From positions 1-55,261 of the forward strand of contig JAPKFG010000002.1 in the NCBI GenBank assembly GCA_028821675.1: 55,261 nucleotides of DNA, in the 5' to 3' direction. The first letter of the stretch is position 1. Each line of letters opens with the position of its first letter. The position numbers were made by a program, and so were the translations under genes. The stretch comes from Candidatus Poseidoniales archaeon (GTDB lineage Archaea > Thermoplasmatota > Poseidoniia > Poseidoniales > Thalassarchaeaceae). Shown in pieces: positions 54,364 to 55,261 of the stretch. The notes beneath the pieces were generated by a model. It had not been told where the DNA came from. It did no database searches and worked only from the letters and a program-made list of their open reading frames with translations.

Positions 54364-55140
54364 ATGGGTAACAATTCTAGCATCCCTCATCCACAATGGA
54401 ATTGCGAACTAGTCATCGTACTGGCCGAGCCACAAATTGAGGGTAACATAGGTGCAGTGGCCCGTTGTCTGCGCAATTTCGGATTGCATGAGTTGCGGAT
54501 ACTTCGCCATGAGGGTGCATTCTCCGATGAAACCCGCAATCGAGCAAAACACGCCCAGGATGTCCTTGATGACTGCCAAATCCACGATGATTGGCAATCG
54601 TGCTTTGAGGACATCAACCTTGTAATTGGAACCAGCGGCAAGCGCGAGGTTGGTGACAAGGTACAATTCCGCCATTTCCTGTTGCCAACAGAACTCGGTG
54701 AAAGATTGTCTGAGGTCCAAGGCAAGGTTGCCATTGTCTTCGGGCCAGAGGGCATGGGCCTCACACAGGAGGAGTTGCGTGCATGCGACCTCCTCTTGAC
54801 AATTCCAACATGGGAAGGCTATCCAATTCTCAATCTGAGTCATACTGTAGCTATTGTCTGCTACGAGTGGTTCCAGACATTACTTCCCAAAGTAGGCCAT
54901 GACAGTGCTCTGCCCAAGACCGTCCACACTGAGCGTTTGCTCGACCCGGAACTGAAGCGTGAGATTCGTCGCCGTGCTGAAGAGATTGCGAACGCATCTA
55001 CCAAACGTGATGATCAGAAGGTCTCTGCAGCCGATACTCTGAGCCGAGTTATTCTTCGCGGCATGCCCACCGATGATGAGGCACACAATCTTCTCGGTCT
55101 TCTAGACGCTGCCACTAAGGCGATGCTAGAAGACGAGTGA
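54364..55140 (+). CDS. SPOUT (TrmH/SpoU-family, TrmJ-like) RNA 2'-O-methyltransferase
   Basis: VIVLAEPQIEGNIGAVARCLRNFG, LVIGTSGK, AIVFGPEGMGLTQEEL, LLTIP and PILNLSHTVAIVCYE are the three SpoU motifs in order. A C-terminal ~90 aa extension is present, as in TrmJ. Confidence 0.85.
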   Translation: MGNNSSIPHPQWNCELVIVLAEPQIEGNIGAVARCLRNFGLHELRILRHEGAFSDETRNRAKHAQDVLDDCQIHDDWQSCFEDINLVIGTSGKREVGDKVQFRHFLLPTELGERLSEVQGKVAIVFGPEGMGLTQEELRACDLLLTIPTWEGYPILNLSHTVAIVCYEWFQTLLPKVGHDSALPKTVHTERLLDPELKREIRRRAEEIANASTKRDDQKVSAADTLSRVILRGMPTDDEAHNLLGLLDAATKAMLEDE

Positions 55141-55261
55141 ATGGGTACCCTTTGAAATCGCATTGGCCTGAAAACTTCATTGACAAGACGAATTCGATTT
55201 CAGTTTAATATAGTGGAAAGAACGTTGATTCATTTCAAAGTGTGACAACTCAAAAGTGCTT

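Noticed and set aside
1-55261. Mobile element, prophage, defence island, CRISPR array, tRNA or rRNA genes
   Set aside because: I found no integrase, transposase, recombinase, Cas, restriction-modification or toxin-antitoxin signatures in any long ORF. I noticed no direct-repeat arrays and no cloverleaf-like T-loop (GGTTCGAATCC / GGTTCAAATCC) in the short spacers, and almost all sequence is occupied by long ORFs. A covariance-model scan (tRNAscan-SE, Infernal) would be needed for certainty.

Overview
This is a very compact, almost gap-free chromosomal segment with about 47 protein genes and one structured RNA. I saw no rRNA, tRNA, CRISPR array, transposase or integrase. The informational genes are archaeal: ribosomal proteins eS19, eL39, eL31 and eS17, a PDCD5-like DNA-binding protein, a SPOUT RNA methyltransferase, an SRP RNA that includes helix 6, and a digeranylgeranyl-lipid reductase. 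The tight gene packing (abutting and overlapping genes), the giant calcium-binding and PKD surface proteins, and several bacterial-type accessory genes (GpsA, NiSOD/SodX, variant CcmE, Trx-CcdA, RND exporter) point to a streamlined marine planktonic archaeon, perhaps Marine Group II / Thermoplasmatota-like. That taxonomic placement is inference only.

Confident housekeeping calls are pyrD, topA, GGR, gpsA, an MqnC/E-type radical SAM enzyme, pepP, alanine aminotransferase, valS, a SerA-like dehydrogenase, sodN plus sodX, IscA, a YdeP-like molybdoenzyme plus FdhD, and an FMN reductase.

The ORF track misses three items: a ~300 nt SRP RNA (about 1627-1930, minus strand) hidden under three spurious ORFs, the 52-codon eL39 gene, and a 55-codon two-helix membrane ORF directly upstream of a PqqD/RRE-like gene.

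I found no recognisable defence system. The candidates for an undescribed system are:
- an uncharacterised, tightly linked pair at 23212-27464: a 1047 aa polytopic membrane protein with a helical-repeat region, plus a 366 aa soluble protein;
- the overlapping RND exporter / EVE (modified-base reader fold) / alanine aminotransferase operon at 27549-32259;
- the small membrane peptide plus stand-alone PqqD-like protein at 47194-47829;
- an extracytoplasmic thiol-redox module at 12986-15853 (Trx-CcdA fusion plus a DUF1223-like CxxC surface protein), which may be linked to an orphan CXXXY-type CcmE;
- a lipobox-anchored protein at 8847-11978 that fuses thrombospondin-type-3 repeats to a PNGase-F-like domain.

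All functional calls come from motif recognition by eye. No database search was run.
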